A stretch of DNA of 64,000 nucleotides from IMG/VR virus record IMGVR_UViG_3300005529_000001, positions 62,001-126,000 of that record. One strand, given 5' to 3'. Below are positions 23,892 through 32,991 of this stretch, piece after piece. How positions within the stretch are numbered: position 1 is the stretch's first letter; the number at the start of each line of letters is the position of its first letter. Made by a program: the position numbers and the translations under genes. A model generated the notes under the pieces. That model did no database searches. It was not told where the DNA came from and worked only from the letters and a program-made list of their open reading frames with translations.

Positions 23892-24300
23892 ACCGCTGGG
23901 CGACCGCCATCGCGCGCCGGCGTTCTGTGCCGACAGGGCCCGCGCAGATCGTACGCCACCCGGGCCGCAGTGTTCACCCGGTGCGTTCTGTGCAGATCGC
24001 TGACCTGCATGTGACGCGGGAGGACCGGAGAGGCAGCCAGGGAGGGTGGCGGACCTGCAGCAGCCGGGCGGGCGAGCGGGGAGGCAGCGTCACCCGACCC
24101 GTGCCAGCGCGTGCGTGTTCTGTGGGGATCTATCGCGATCTGCGGGTCGCGGACCGGCGGGCGGCGCATGCTCCACCCCTCGTCCGTTCGCCTTCCCGCG
24201 CTCACGTGCCCCTTTTGCTCCCCTGGGCCCTGCGTCCGCGTGCACCCAGGATAGCCTATCCGATCTGTGGCTTGTGGGCCGCTGCGGGGCTTTTTACCCC

Positions 24301-24552
24301 CTAGGGAACCCGGGCGACGGGCACGCGTGCGCGCGAGACCAGCTCCAGCTCGTCACCCGTGTACCAAACGTACGAAGTCGTTGGGGTATTGCTGAAGTTC
24401 ACCGCATAGACACGCTCGTGTGGAGCAACTCCCTCGATGCGTTTGATGCAACCGATTGTCCCGTCCCCGCCTCGCAGGGTGACATAATCATCTACTTGGA
24501 AGACCGTGTGCAGCACTGCGGTAGGTGCAGAGTCTAGTTTTTCTTTCGTCAT
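24301..24552 (-). CDS. small SH3-like beta-barrel protein
   Basis: FQVDDYV...G.I...YAV.F...ELELV; ATGA-coupled. Confidence 0.6.
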   Translation of the reverse strand: MTKEKLDSAPTAVLHTVFQVDDYVTLRGGDGTIGCIKRIEGVAPHERVYAVNFSNTPTTSYVWYTGDELELVSRARVPVARVP

Positions 24553-24746
24553 CTGGGGATTGTAAGCTGTCTCCCGTCACTGGGTCGCGCGCACGCGTCC
24601 GCGCAAGGATCGTAGCCCTCGATCACGCACGTCCATAGCTTGGGTTCCGGAGTCAGGTAAACCAGCACCGTCTTCTTCTCATCCTCGGCATACACCGCGA
24701 TGACCAGGTCCTCGCCCACCATGTCCCCGGGTTTCACCATCGTCAT
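24549..24746 (-). CDS. SH3b-like paralog (short variant)
   Basis: KPGDMVG.DLVIAV. Confidence 0.6.
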   Translation of the reverse strand: MTMVKPGDMVGEDLVIAVYAEDEKKTVLVYLTPEPKLWTCVIEGYDPCADACARPSDGRQLTIPR

Positions 24747-25012
24747 CTCAAGAGACGGCCCTCGCCCTCGTCAGCTTGTTCGACCAGGAACGGGCTGCAC
24801 CAGCCCAGCTCCATCCGGTGGTTCAGCACCAAGATGCCCCGTTCCCTGCAGACAGCGATAACCAGGGCGACCTCGTCGGCGGTCAGGTCACCGCAGGCTG
24901 GGTTGTCATCGCTCTCGCCCGCACCGTGCCTGCGCCCGCGCCACAGGGTCGGCCTCCAGTACCCGGTCACCAGGTCGCCTGGGGAGATGGGTTGCGGTCT
25001 CCCGTCAGACAC
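24743..25012 (-). CDS. SH3b-like paralog
   Basis: PGDLV...ALVIAV...LGWC. Confidence 0.75.
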   Translation of the reverse strand: MSDGRPQPISPGDLVTGYWRPTLWRGRRHGAGESDDNPACGDLTADEVALVIAVCRERGILVLNHRMELGWCSPFLVEQADEGEGRLLR

Positions 25013-25232
25013 TGTCCACGAACTCGGTGAAGGCCCAGCCCAGCTCTGATCGCGAGTTGAGCAACAACGCCACGCCGATCGCCTGTTCGTTTGGCTCTGG
25101 GGGCACGACCGCGATGACCAGCATCACCTCTCCCGGTGAGAAGCTGCCGCACTGGTTCCTGACAGCGGGCGTCCGGTACAGGTGGCGCTTCACCATCCTC
25201 GCGTTGGTGGTGACCAGGTCCCCGGGCTTCAA
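25005..25232 (-). CDS. SH3b-like paralog
   Basis: family motif. Confidence 0.75.
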   Translation of the reverse strand: MKPGDLVTTNARMVKRHLYRTPAVRNQCGSFSPGEVMLVIAVVPPEPNEQAIGVALLLNSRSELGWAFTEFVDSV

Positions 25233-25582
25233 TAGTGACGCCTGTACCAGCCCGGCGGGGGACAGAACGGGATGAACCGGTGCAGCAACGTCGACACCGC
25301 TGCCTCGACCTCCTGGTTCTTGGCCAGCTCCCGTTTCATGTCCTGCGTCGCCCGGGTGCAGTCACAGAGCAGCTGTTCGTCGTTGAGGTCGACCCGGGTG
25401 TACTGGTGCTTGTTGTGGTCCCACGCCGAAGCTTGCGACGTCTCGACCCTCAGCAGCGCTGCCAGCTGTTCCAGCTGCTTCCTCAGCTTGGTCTTCTCCG
25501 GCGGGGGCTCGCCCGACTTCATGATGTCCTTGGCGAACGACATGCTGGTGAACGGGTCCCTGGTCGGGGTCTTGTCCTTCAT
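25229..25582 (-). CDS. hypothetical helical protein
   Basis: cassette promoter GTGCAA-N18-TATACT-N6-ATG. Confidence 0.7.
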   Translation of the reverse strand: MKDKTPTRDPFTSMSFAKDIMKSGEPPPEKTKLRKQLEQLAALLRVETSQASAWDHNKHQYTRVDLNDEQLLCDCTRATQDMKRELAKNQEVEAAVSTLLHRFIPFCPPPGWYRRHY

Positions 25583-25805
25583 GGCTCCAGTATACGGTCT
25601 CCCGCCCCGGGCTTGCACCCGCGCGCACGCGCAGCGAGTCGCTCCGGGATCTCAACGAATCGACGGATCCCTCGAGGCCGTCATCGCAGACCACGTCGTA
25701 GGTCCGCAGCCTGGGCCCAGGGGTGAGGCACGTCACCGTCGTCACTTCGCCCCTGGTCACCACGGCCACGACCAAGTCAGCGCCCATCATCTCTCCCGGT
25801 TTCAC
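25362..25805 (-). CDS. SH3b-like paralog (short variant), 3' end overlapping the next gene
   Basis: VKPGEMMGADLVVAV is similar to 24549-24746. Confidence 0.4.
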   Translation of the reverse strand: MKPGEMMGADLVVAVVTRGEVTTVTCLTPGPRLRTYDVVCDDGLEGSVDSLRSRSDSLRVRAGASPGRETVYWSHEGQDPDQGPVHQHVVRQGHHEVGRAPAGEDQAEEAAGTAGSAAEGRDVASFGVGPQQAPVHPGRPQRRTAAL

Positions 25806-26059
25806 GTGCCCGTCTCCCTGAGGTACCAGGCATAGCTCCAGCCGAGCTCGGACCGGGGCGACAGCAACAGGGCTCTCGTGTCGTCGTTTGGGTCTGTCTC
25901 GGGCACCGTCGCGATGACCAGGGCGACCTCTCCCTCCATCAGCCTCCCGCACCTGTGGAACTGAGCAGTGTCCATCGACCGGTACAACGGGATTGTCAGG
26001 ATGGGCTCGTTGTTGTGGCCCCCGTCGGGCCTGATCGTCACCAGGTCACCCGGCTTCAT
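25802..26059 (-). CDS. SH3b-like paralog
   Basis: family motif. Confidence 0.75.
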   Translation of the reverse strand: MKPGDLVTIRPDGGHNNEPILTIPLYRSMDTAQFHRCGRLMEGEVALVIATVPETDPNDDTRALLLSPRSELGWSYAWYLRETGT

Positions 26060-26291
26060 CGAAGAGCCCCTCCCTCTGCCAACCGAAGGTCGTCCCCACC
26101 AGGACCAGCAGCTGCTGCCCAAGCTCGTGGGGGATGTCCGCGGTGGCCAGCACGATCCCGAGGCTGCTGCTGTTGAGCCATAGCACCGACCGGCCCGCGC
26201 TCGAGCCGATCCGGTTGTCCCACAGGGGTGCGGTGCCTCCGTCCACGTCGGCGCGCCACTTGGCCAGTCTGACCAGGGTCCCGGGCTTCAT
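26046..26291 (-). CDS. SH3b-like paralog
   Basis: family motif. Confidence 0.75.
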   Translation of the reverse strand: MKPGTLVRLAKWRADVDGGTAPLWDNRIGSSAGRSVLWLNSSSLGIVLATADIPHELGQQLLVLVGTTFGWQREGLFDEAG

Positions 26292-26527
26292 GGGTTGCTG
26301 TCACCCGTCGAGACGGTGATCGTCTTTGTGAATGATTCGTAGATCCAGCCGAGCTCCGCCTTCGAGTTCAGGACTAACAACATGTTTGCTCCAACGCCGT
26401 CAACGGCAATGACAAGGGCAATGCCATCAGGTGTCAGCTCGCCGCAGTGTTGCCAGGGTGCATGGTTGGTCCTGAAGATGAGTCGCTTTTGCAGGTCGAA
26501 CGTAGTGATCAGGTCTCCGGGTCTCAT
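26288..26527 (-). CDS. SH3b-like paralog
   Basis: family motif. Confidence 0.75.
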   Translation of the reverse strand: MRPGDLITTFDLQKRLIFRTNHAPWQHCGELTPDGIALVIAVDGVGANMLLVLNSKAELGWIYESFTKTITVSTGDSNP

Positions 26528-26757
26528 GTGTCAAACCCGTCGATGAAGGAGATGTAGATCCATCCCAGTTGAGCCCTGTTCCCAATCACTAGAGCCTTGA
26601 TCTTGTCCGATGCCACGACCAACGCAACCTCCTTGGGACCCAGCTCACCGCACCTGTTGTCACCGCCCCGGAATGCGTCGAGATCGAGTTGCTTGTACAA
26701 CCCACGGGTCACGTTGAAGGAGACAGTGACCAGGTCTCCGGGCATGATCGGTCTCAC
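26524..26757 (-). CDS. SH3b-like paralog
   Basis: family motif. Confidence 0.75.
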   Translation of the reverse strand: MRPIMPGDLVTVSFNVTRGLYKQLDLDAFRGGDNRCGELGPKEVALVVASDKIKALVIGNRAQLGWIYISFIDGFDT

Positions 26758-27035
26758 TTGCGGTCTCCCGCTCGGTTCTTGAGCGTCCTGTTCAGCAGCC
26801 AGTCATCCTCGCCGACAGTGACGACGAACCCAGCATAGCACCAGCCCAGCTCACCACGTTCCGTCAGGACCAGCACTGTCACGTTCGGCCTGAAAGACGC
26901 GATGACCATGCCCAGCTCGCCCGGTTCCAGTGACCCGCATGATGCTGAGAAGCCGGTGTCCCGGTACAGGAACCTGGGCCCTCTTGGATGGTCACTCGTC
27001 ACCAGGTCGCCCGGCCGGGAGAACCTCCATTCCAC
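26754..27035 (-). CDS. SH3b-like paralog
   Basis: family motif; start uncertain. Confidence 0.7.
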   Translation of the reverse strand: MEWRFSRPGDLVTSDHPRGPRFLYRDTGFSASCGSLEPGELGMVIASFRPNVTVLVLTERGELGWCYAGFVVTVGEDDWLLNRTLKNRAGDRK

Positions 27036-27061
27036 GCTCGTGTTGCTCGTTGCCGCCGCGG

Positions 27062-27358
27062 TCACGGTGTCCCTCGCGCGCACGCGTGTGGCGACAGCTG
27101 TCGCACGTTCATGCAAAAAGTGATGTTGATCCAACCCAGCTCCATCCTGCCGTTTAGCAGCAACAACCACCGTGAATCACCGACCGTGGCGACGTTGTCA
27201 ACGGCGTTAGCGATGGAAATGAGCAGGGCAACATCGTCTTTGTCCAAAGAACCGCAACTGCCGCTCCCGAAACTGGCATCATTGTAGATGAGGTTGTGCG
27301 TGAACAGCCCGCTGTTGACGATGAGGTCGCCGGGCAGCATCGCGTCTTTTATCATCAC
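27062..27358 (-). CDS. SH3b-like paralog
   Basis: family motif. Confidence 0.75.
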   Translation of the reverse strand: MMIKDAMLPGDLIVNSGLFTHNLIYNDASFGSGSCGSLDKDDVALLISIANAVDNVATVGDSRWLLLLNGRMELGWINITFCMNVRQLSPHACARGTP

Positions 27359-27630
27359 ACATCACCCAGCAATTTGGTGACGAACCTGGCGACGATCCAT
27401 CCGAGCTGGGTCCGGTTGTTCAGCAACAGGAACCAGTTTTCTCGTCCGACTGCATCCCCGTCAGCTTGACCGAGACACTGGACCTCGTCAGCAGCGACGA
27501 GGAGAGCTATGTCACCAACCTTCATCTCTCCACACACGTTGTTGGAGAACTGGATCGCCGTCCTGTATAGGCACCTAATAACCAGGGTTGGGTCAAGCTC
27601 GACGAGGTCGCCTGGGACGGGACGGTTCAT
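27355..27630 (-). CDS. SH3b-like paralog
   Basis: family motif; ATGA overlap. Confidence 0.75.
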   Translation of the reverse strand: MNRPVPGDLVELDPTLVIRCLYRTAIQFSNNVCGEMKVGDIALLVAADEVQCLGQADGDAVGRENWFLLLNNRTQLGWIVARFVTKLLGDV

Positions 27631-27884
27631 CTCTTCCCCCGTGCACGCCTCTTGAGTCGTCGGGTGAACCCAGCATAGACCCAACCCAGTTCCATCCGCG
27701 GTGTCAGCAGCAGCTGGTCCAGCCCATTGGCGGACGTAGCGATGAGCAGGCCCACCTCGTTTGGCCACAGGGTCCCACACCTGTCACCAGCATATTCTCC
27801 CCTGGGTTCTTTGAACAGCCACCTGTCGGTGGTGTCATCGACAGTCTGGATGAGCTCTCCGGGGGCGGGGAAACCGTTCACCAT
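27627..27884 (-). CDS. SH3b-like paralog
   Basis: family motif. Confidence 0.75.
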   Translation of the reverse strand: MVNGFPAPGELIQTVDDTTDRWLFKEPRGEYAGDRCGTLWPNEVGLLIATSANGLDQLLLTPRMELGWVYAGFTRRLKRRARGKR

Positions 27885-28144
27885 GACGCGTGTCTCAGGA
27901 AGCCGCCAAAGATCCAACCCAACTCCATTCGTTGGTTCAACACCAGCACGACTTTCTTTTCAAGCACCGCAATGATCATCGCTAGTTCTTCTGGTTTGAG
28001 GCTGCCACAGTACGTTATTGAGTTGGGATCACGGTGTAACATCCGAGATTGTTTGGCACGGTCGATAAAGACCATGTCGCCAGGAGCGGGTGACCATTCT
28101 TGTTTCACTGACGTCTCGTGATCAAGCCAGTTCGATCCAGTCAT
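27878..28144 (-). CDS. SH3b-like paralog
   Basis: family motif. Confidence 0.7.
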   Translation of the reverse strand: MTGSNWLDHETSVKQEWSPAPGDMVFIDRAKQSRMLHRDPNSITYCGSLKPEELAMIIAVLEKKVVLVLNQRMELGWIFGGFLRHASW

Positions 28145-28334
28145 CCCAACACCAGCCCAATTGCATCCGGTGGTTCAACAGCAACGACTTTCCAGAACTC
28201 ATGGCCAAGACAAGCATCACGTCATCCCAGTCGCAGCCCCCTGTGACTTCACCTCCCGGGGACTCGAATGACCTAAACAGGGTCAGGTATGTCACCCCGT
28301 TGGGACAGACAAGGTCGCCAGGAACGATCATCAC
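28122..28334 (-). CDS. SH3b-like paralog
   Basis: family motif. Confidence 0.75.
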   Translation of the reverse strand: MMIVPGDLVCPNGVTYLTLFRSFESPGGEVTGGCDWDDVMLVLAMSSGKSLLLNHRMQLGWCWDDWIELA

Positions 28335-28570
28335 ACGCCCGACGGGGGAACTCGCCGCAACGCCTCTGCTAGCCTCGCTACCCGAGCTATCTCGTTGACG
28401 TTGAACGTCTGCTGCACCTCCATGTTGTTCACGTAGTACGTGAACACGATCACGTCCGAGTCGATCTGGACCTTGGCGGCTGTACCCTGGGCATCTTGCG
28501 GCCGCGCTCCTGGCATGGTGAGCTGCAACGAGAAGATCGCTTCAGTGACCGTGGTTGTCTTGCGCGGCAT
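28331..28570 (-). CDS. hypothetical protein
   Basis: ORF with GAGG SD. Confidence 0.65.
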   Translation of the reverse strand: MPRKTTTVTEAIFSLQLTMPGARPQDAQGTAAKVQIDSDVIVFTYYVNNMEVQQTFNVNEIARVARLAEALRRVPPSGV

Positions 28571-28841
28571 CGGTTTCCTCGTTCTCTCGTCTCAGGATGA
28601 CTTCGGGCGTGATGCAGTAACCCTTCAGGACGTTGATGACCTTCTCGGCGTTGTTGTCAGCCACCATCACCAACCGCATGACGGGCTCGCCGTTCTCGTC
28701 AGGGTGACACGGGTCCGTCCGCAAGTGACCGACCTTGCGTAGGATGTCAAGCTCGATGCGAGCGTACCTGCTCCAGCTCTCCTTCCACTTCCGGAACTGG
28801 ACCTCGAGTACGTGTTCTTTCCTGACAATCGTGACTTGCAT
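28542..28841 (-). CDS. hypothetical protein
   Basis: starts just after the 28843 stop; GGAG SD. Confidence 0.6.
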   Translation of the reverse strand: MQVTIVRKEHVLEVQFRKWKESWSRYARIELDILRKVGHLRTDPCHPDENGEPVMRLVMVADNNAEKVINVLKGYCITPEVILRRENEETDAAQDNHGH

Positions 28842-28842
28842 G

Positions 28843-30024
28843 TCATTCACTCCGTTGCTCGGGTGTGGTGACCTTGGGAGGTTGTGCTCCGTGCCGGTGA
28901 ACGACCCTGATGTAAGCTGTCTCTCCGCTCGTGAGCCGCACCTCAAAAGTTGTCTCAGAGTTGACGTGATTCCACCCCTTTGGGGGACGGATATCGACCT
29001 GAGCGACCAGGGCATGGCCCGTGTCCAACTGGTTCGCAAGGGCTGCCACCCAACCCCTGGCAGCGTTCTCGAGTCTCTCGTTGTAGGCTTTGGCTCTCGC
29101 AAGATTGAGCTTTGCCTCGAGCTCATGGCGCAGTTTGTCTGTCTCGTTCGCCAAGCGTTTGGTCTTCTCGAGCTCCTGCTCGAGCTGGGCAACCACATCA
29201 ACGGAGGCGGCGTTCGGGGGTGGCACTGCAACGCTCTTGTCGTGATGGTACACGTTCCAGCAACCACGGTGAGCGAACCGGTGACCAGAGCCATCGCCCG
29301 CACCGACTCGTGTTCCCTGGCCCAGCGGTTCACCGCAATAGCAGCAGTGATCAGGCGAGTCAGTGTACAACCCATGCGATTTGCACCACTCGTCTCGGCA
29401 GCCCTGGTGAGCTCGGTTGGAGACGTTCGACCAGATGTAGAAGTCAACAGTGGGAATGTCCTGTGCTACGCCCAACGCGTGGCCGCAGATACCACAGTTG
29501 TTCGCGTCATGGCGACCGCTGAACGATGGCGACACAAAGCGAGTTGTCTTGTTGTCCCGGAAGCACTGCCGGTGAGCGAAGTCAGAGTTCCCAACGGGTA
29601 CGTAAGCCTCCGAAGAGTCTTTCAACGGGTGCTTGCAGTAAACGCAGGGCGTATTGTCGCCCGCCAACGCTGCCGCTCCGCGATCCGCCTCAGCCGTCTT
29701 CCGTCCCGCCCGTGCTTCGAGACATGACCTGTGAATCATCCTGCCTGGGTCATCAGGGTCTTGGAGCGATATCTGCAGCTCCTTGAGGTCTTCATTGAAC
29801 AGCTCGAGCCCACACCAAGTGCAGCTCTTGTCGTCAGCATCGCCAAGCATCGGGTTCCCTTTCGGTGACTCGCCACGTTCTTTGCCCGTCATCCGGGCGG
29901 GTGGGTTGTAAGCTTTGTAACAAGCGGTGTGAGCGTACCGAGTCACCGTCTCTCCCGGTTTTACCACGAGCGTTTTCGGCCCGCGACCCAGCGCTCGGTA
30001 GCAGTAAACACAACTATCGTCCAT
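28843..30024 (-). CDS. protein with five tandem CxxC...HxxC Zn-finger repeats and a coiled coil
   Basis: CVYC..HTAC, CTWC..HRSC, CVYC..HRQC, CGIC..HQGC, CCYC..HRGC. Confidence 0.8.
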   Translation of the reverse strand: MDDSCVYCYRALGRGPKTLVVKPGETVTRYAHTACYKAYNPPARMTGKERGESPKGNPMLGDADDKSCTWCGLELFNEDLKELQISLQDPDDPGRMIHRSCLEARAGRKTAEADRGAAALAGDNTPCVYCKHPLKDSSEAYVPVGNSDFAHRQCFRDNKTTRFVSPSFSGRHDANNCGICGHALGVAQDIPTVDFYIWSNVSNRAHQGCRDEWCKSHGLYTDSPDHCCYCGEPLGQGTRVGAGDGSGHRFAHRGCWNVYHHDKSVAVPPPNAASVDVVAQLEQELEKTKRLANETDKLRHELEAKLNLARAKAYNERLENAARGWVAALANQLDTGHALVAQVDIRPPKGWNHVNSETTFEVRLTSGETAYIRVVHRHGAQPPKVTTPEQRSE

Positions 30025-30166
30025 GACGTCTCCTCCAGGACCAGAGCTGGCTCACCATGTCTTTGATCTCGAAAGCCGCAGCGATGATGACGAAAGCGAC
30101 GCCAAAAATCATGGCGATGATCCCTATCGACGTGGCGACGACTTCGACAAAACCAAAGAAGGTCAT
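30014..30166 (-). CDS. small membrane protein
   Basis: long hydrophobic segment; AGGAG SD. Confidence 0.55.
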   Translation of the reverse strand: MTFFGFVEVVATSIGIIAMIFGVAFVIIAAAFEIKDMVSQLWSWRRRHGR

Positions 30167-30237
30167 GTTTCCGCTCCTAACCTTACTACCAACACTGTCA
30201 CAGCTTTCACAAGCATGCAGCACCGATGAGGAATCGT

Positions 30238-30498
30238 TTAGAGCTCGACCAAACCCGCCGCTGAACACCATCCCAGTCGATTGTGGACGAGAACCAGCAC
30301 CTCGTCCCGGGTCGCACTCAATGATTCTTTGTCGGGGGTGGCAAGCACCAATGCCACGTCGCCCCGGGATATTCTGGTGACCTCTGGGTTGCGGTCGTTG
30401 GCCATCCCTGGCATGCAGGTCACCGATATCGACGGGCCGGAGACGCGAGGGGCCACCGTTGCGAGCTGTCCCGGCCTAAGCCTGTCACCCTTCCCCAC
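30238..30498 (-). CDS. SH3b-like paralog
   Basis: family motif, subtype with MPG...NP loop. Confidence 0.75.
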   Translation of the reverse strand: MGKGDRLRPGQLATVAPRVSGPSISVTCMPGMANDRNPEVTRISRGDVALVLATPDKESLSATRDEVLVLVHNRLGWCSAAGLVEL

Positions 30499-30766
30499 CT
30501 ACAGACTTATCTACGGGAACCAGCGAGCTAGCAAACGCCCAACCCAACAGCTCTCCCGACAGCACCAGGACCTCGGTCATTGACCCATTACCGTGTGTCG
30601 TGATCACGAGCCCGATGCATTTCCACTGCAACTTGCCCACATTCGGGTTGACGTTGTTCATCGACCCGTACATCGCTGTGATGCCGCTTGTTCCTCCGGG
30701 AGAGAGCGTGACCAGGTCGCCCGGTTTGAATGTCACACTTGTTCGAGCCATGACGTGCTCAACCAC
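30485..30766 (-). CDS. SH3b-like paralog
   Basis: family motif. Confidence 0.75.
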   Translation of the reverse strand: MVEHVMARTSVTFKPGDLVTLSPGGTSGITAMYGSMNNVNPNVGKLQWKCIGLVITTHGNGSMTEVLVLSGELLGWAFASSLVPVDKSVGGEG

Positions 30767-31023
30767 CCGTACCGTGAGCGGCAGACCAACAACACGTATG
30801 CATTGCCGTCATTGTCCACGTTTGCGACGACCAGTGCGACATCATTGCAATTGATCTTCCCGGTCACCACATCAGGCTCTCTTTGTGTGTCACCAACGCT
30901 GATGAACCCAGGCCTGCGATAGAGCCCGAACGACAGGCCCAACTGCCGGTACTCAGCGCTAAGACTGGCGAGGTCACCGGGAGCCAGCATCGTCTGCGTT
31001 GACACAAGTTTCGTTTTCTTCAT
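30733..31023 (-). CDS. SH3b-like paralog
   Basis: family motif. Confidence 0.75.
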   Translation of the reverse strand: MKKTKLVSTQTMLAPGDLASLSAEYRQLGLSFGLYRRPGFISVGDTQREPDVVTGKINCNDVALVVANVDNDGNAYVLLVCRSRYGWLSTSWLEQV

Positions 31024-31301
31024 GCGTGCTCATCATCGTTCTCCTCGTCTTCTATCCAGAGCGTATTCGCAACAATCCAACCAAGACGTTGACCAGCTAA
31101 TATCAGAGCCTCTTGTCGAGCACGCTCTGGGTGTTGCATCTTAACATCGACCACTGCGATAACAAGCGCTAGTTCATGCCACCTAAGCGAGCCGATGAAC
31201 GGGTTGTTATCGCTGCAGTTGCCTGGGTTAGCGGTCATCACCCCGACAACGTCACTGTTTGCAAGAGTGATCATGTTGCCCGGTCTAACGCTCATTAACA
31301 A
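31020..31301 (-). CDS. SH3b-like paralog
   Basis: family motif. Confidence 0.75.
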   Translation of the reverse strand: MLMSVRPGNMITLANSDVVGVMTANPGNCSDNNPFIGSLRWHELALVIAVVDVKMQHPERARQEALILAGQRLGWIVANTLWIEDEENDDEHA

Positions 31302-31587
31302 TCACCGATAACTCATTAGCGATAGCCCAACCCAAATGTCGCTTCGTCAAGAGGAGCGCTTCTCGGCGCGGGTTATGTTTAGAACCAAAAACTATCTTGT
31401 CGGTGATCGCAACAACAAGCGCTACCTCATCGATCTCCAAGCGCCCGGTTTCTACGTTATCGGGTGGCTTCGGGTCTCCAGGCATTTTCGTCAACATCAA
31501 CGATGGTTTATCGAGCAATCGCATCGCTGCCTCACGATCAAGACCGATGTAGCCAAGATCAATCTGAACGAGGTCGCCTGGTTGCAT
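31285..31587 (-). CDS. SH3b-like paralog
   Basis: family motif. Confidence 0.75.
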   Translation of the reverse strand: MQPGDLVQIDLGYIGLDREAAMRLLDKPSLMLTKMPGDPKPPDNVETGRLEIDEVALVVAITDKIVFGSKHNPRREALLLTKRHLGWAIANELSVIVNER

Positions 31588-31589
31588 GG

Positions 31590-31829
31590 TCACACCTTCA
31601 CTAGGTCTTCTTGATAAGCCCAGCCCAAGCATAATCCTGACAGCAACAACACCTCGTCAGTGTAATCATACTTGTCAGATGTTAACGCAATGACGATCGC
31701 AACGTGACCAGAACGGAGCTGGCCCACAAATGGGTTATCTCTGACGTGAAACCTGCCTGGTTGTGCAGTCATCCGTCCCTGGCCACGAGTGACAAGGCTG
31801 GTTGTGACGAGGTCACCGGGAAGCATCAC
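31590..31829 (-). CDS. SH3b-like paralog
   Basis: family motif. Confidence 0.75.
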   Translation of the reverse strand: MMLPGDLVTTSLVTRGQGRMTAQPGRFHVRDNPFVGQLRSGHVAIVIALTSDKYDYTDEVLLLSGLCLGWAYQEDLVKV

Positions 31830-32131
31830 TTGTCATCCTTGGTTCCCGTTGACGATTCGTACTGGCAATACTGCGTGGGCTCGCTCCCGATGCTGTGCCT
31901 AGCGTGGCGGTCTGGACGTGACACATGCAACGAACCCTCACCCACATCGGGTGCATTTTTCAATGAGTCAATGGTCGCCTGGAGCCGCGAGCACTCCCGC
32001 TTCCACCAGCACAATTCGTGACACCAGCCGTCGTCCATGATCGCCGTCTTGTTTTCGTCTGTACCGATCTCTTTGTGGCAGAACTGGCAACGAGGCCTCA
32101 GGGGTCCAACATCTCTCGTCGGCCACATCAC
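31826..32131 (-). CDS. single CxxC...HxxC Zn-finger protein
   Basis: CQFC...HELC, same unit as 28843-30024. Confidence 0.6.
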   Translation of the reverse strand: MMWPTRDVGPLRPRCQFCHKEIGTDENKTAIMDDGWCHELCWWKRECSRLQATIDSLKNAPDVGEGSLHVSRPDRHARHSIGSEPTQYCQYESSTGTKDDK

Positions 32132-32544
32132 ACAACCTCCAGCTCGTCATCGCCGAGCCACCCGAACTTCTCACCGACGAGGACAAACCACCACCGCTTG
32201 CTGCCCTCTTTCTTCAGGTGTGGGATGTCTTGCGGTCCGCCCAACACTAGGACCGGGCTACCTCCCTTGACCATGACGCCATCGCCTGGTATCTTGCCAT
32301 TCGAATCTTCAGGCATCGCGTCGTTCCACAGGACGGCAACTTCTTTGGTGATCCAACCTCCCGTGACTGCGTAACCCTTGACGATGCGGACAAAATCACC
32401 TGGAAGCAGGTTTTTGGTGGGAGGCTTTGTTATCTCGGCTGCACGGGCTTCGATAGCATCAGGGCACCTGTCAGCAAGGGTGTGCCCGCACGTGACCACC
32501 ATGTTGCCGTCATCGTAATACCCGGTGCACTTCACCCCGGCCAT
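32128..32544 (-). CDS. SH3b-like paralog with Cys/His N-terminal extension
   Basis: LLPGDFV...VLVLG...FGWL. Confidence 0.7.
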   Translation of the reverse strand: MAGVKCTGYYDDGNMVVTCGHTLADRCPDAIEARAAEITKPPTKNLLPGDFVRIVKGYAVTGGWITKEVAVLWNDAMPEDSNGKIPGDGVMVKGGSPVLVLGGPQDIPHLKKEGSKRWWFVLVGEKFGWLGDDELEVV

Positions 32545-32792
32545 CTTCGCGTCTCTTCTCGGTAACGGAGGATTTTGGGTCTCCGCTTGACATTGACGAT
32601 GTATTCAGCCATGACATAGAACCTGCCGGGCTGCGACTCGCTCTCAGCCAACAGTTCCACAACGGCTTTCTTGTTCCCATCACGATCATCATAATCGGAG
32701 ACCAACAACTTGACGGGCCGGGGGTTATCGACAGCCTTCCAGCTTGAATCACCCAACCTACGTGATAATTTGTCGTTCCACTCACGTCCCAT
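32532..32792 (-). CDS. hypothetical protein
   Basis: GGAGG SD. Confidence 0.55.
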   Translation of the reverse strand: MGREWNDKLSRRLGDSSWKAVDNPRPVKLLVSDYDDRDGNKKAVVELLAESESQPGRFYVMAEYIVNVKRRPKILRYREETRRWPG

Positions 32793-32991
32793 GGAGCCTC
32801 CCAATGATGTGAGCTGCAGCACACGCAGCAACCAACACGGTCATGATAATGTACATGACTCGCGTCACTTTCTTGTCCATCTCAGCTTCACGTTGGCTGA
32901 CCACACGTTTTTCCTCGTCGGTCAATGATGCCCACCACCGAGCTCGACGACGCCTTGCTTCTGAGTTCCGACGTGTCCAGCCAACCATCAC
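32782..32991 (-). CDS. small membrane protein
   Basis: C-terminal TM; GTGA coupling. Confidence 0.55.
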   Translation of the reverse strand: MMVGWTRRNSEARRRRARWWASLTDEEKRVVSQREAEMDKKVTRVMYIIMTVLVAACAAAHIIGRLHGT

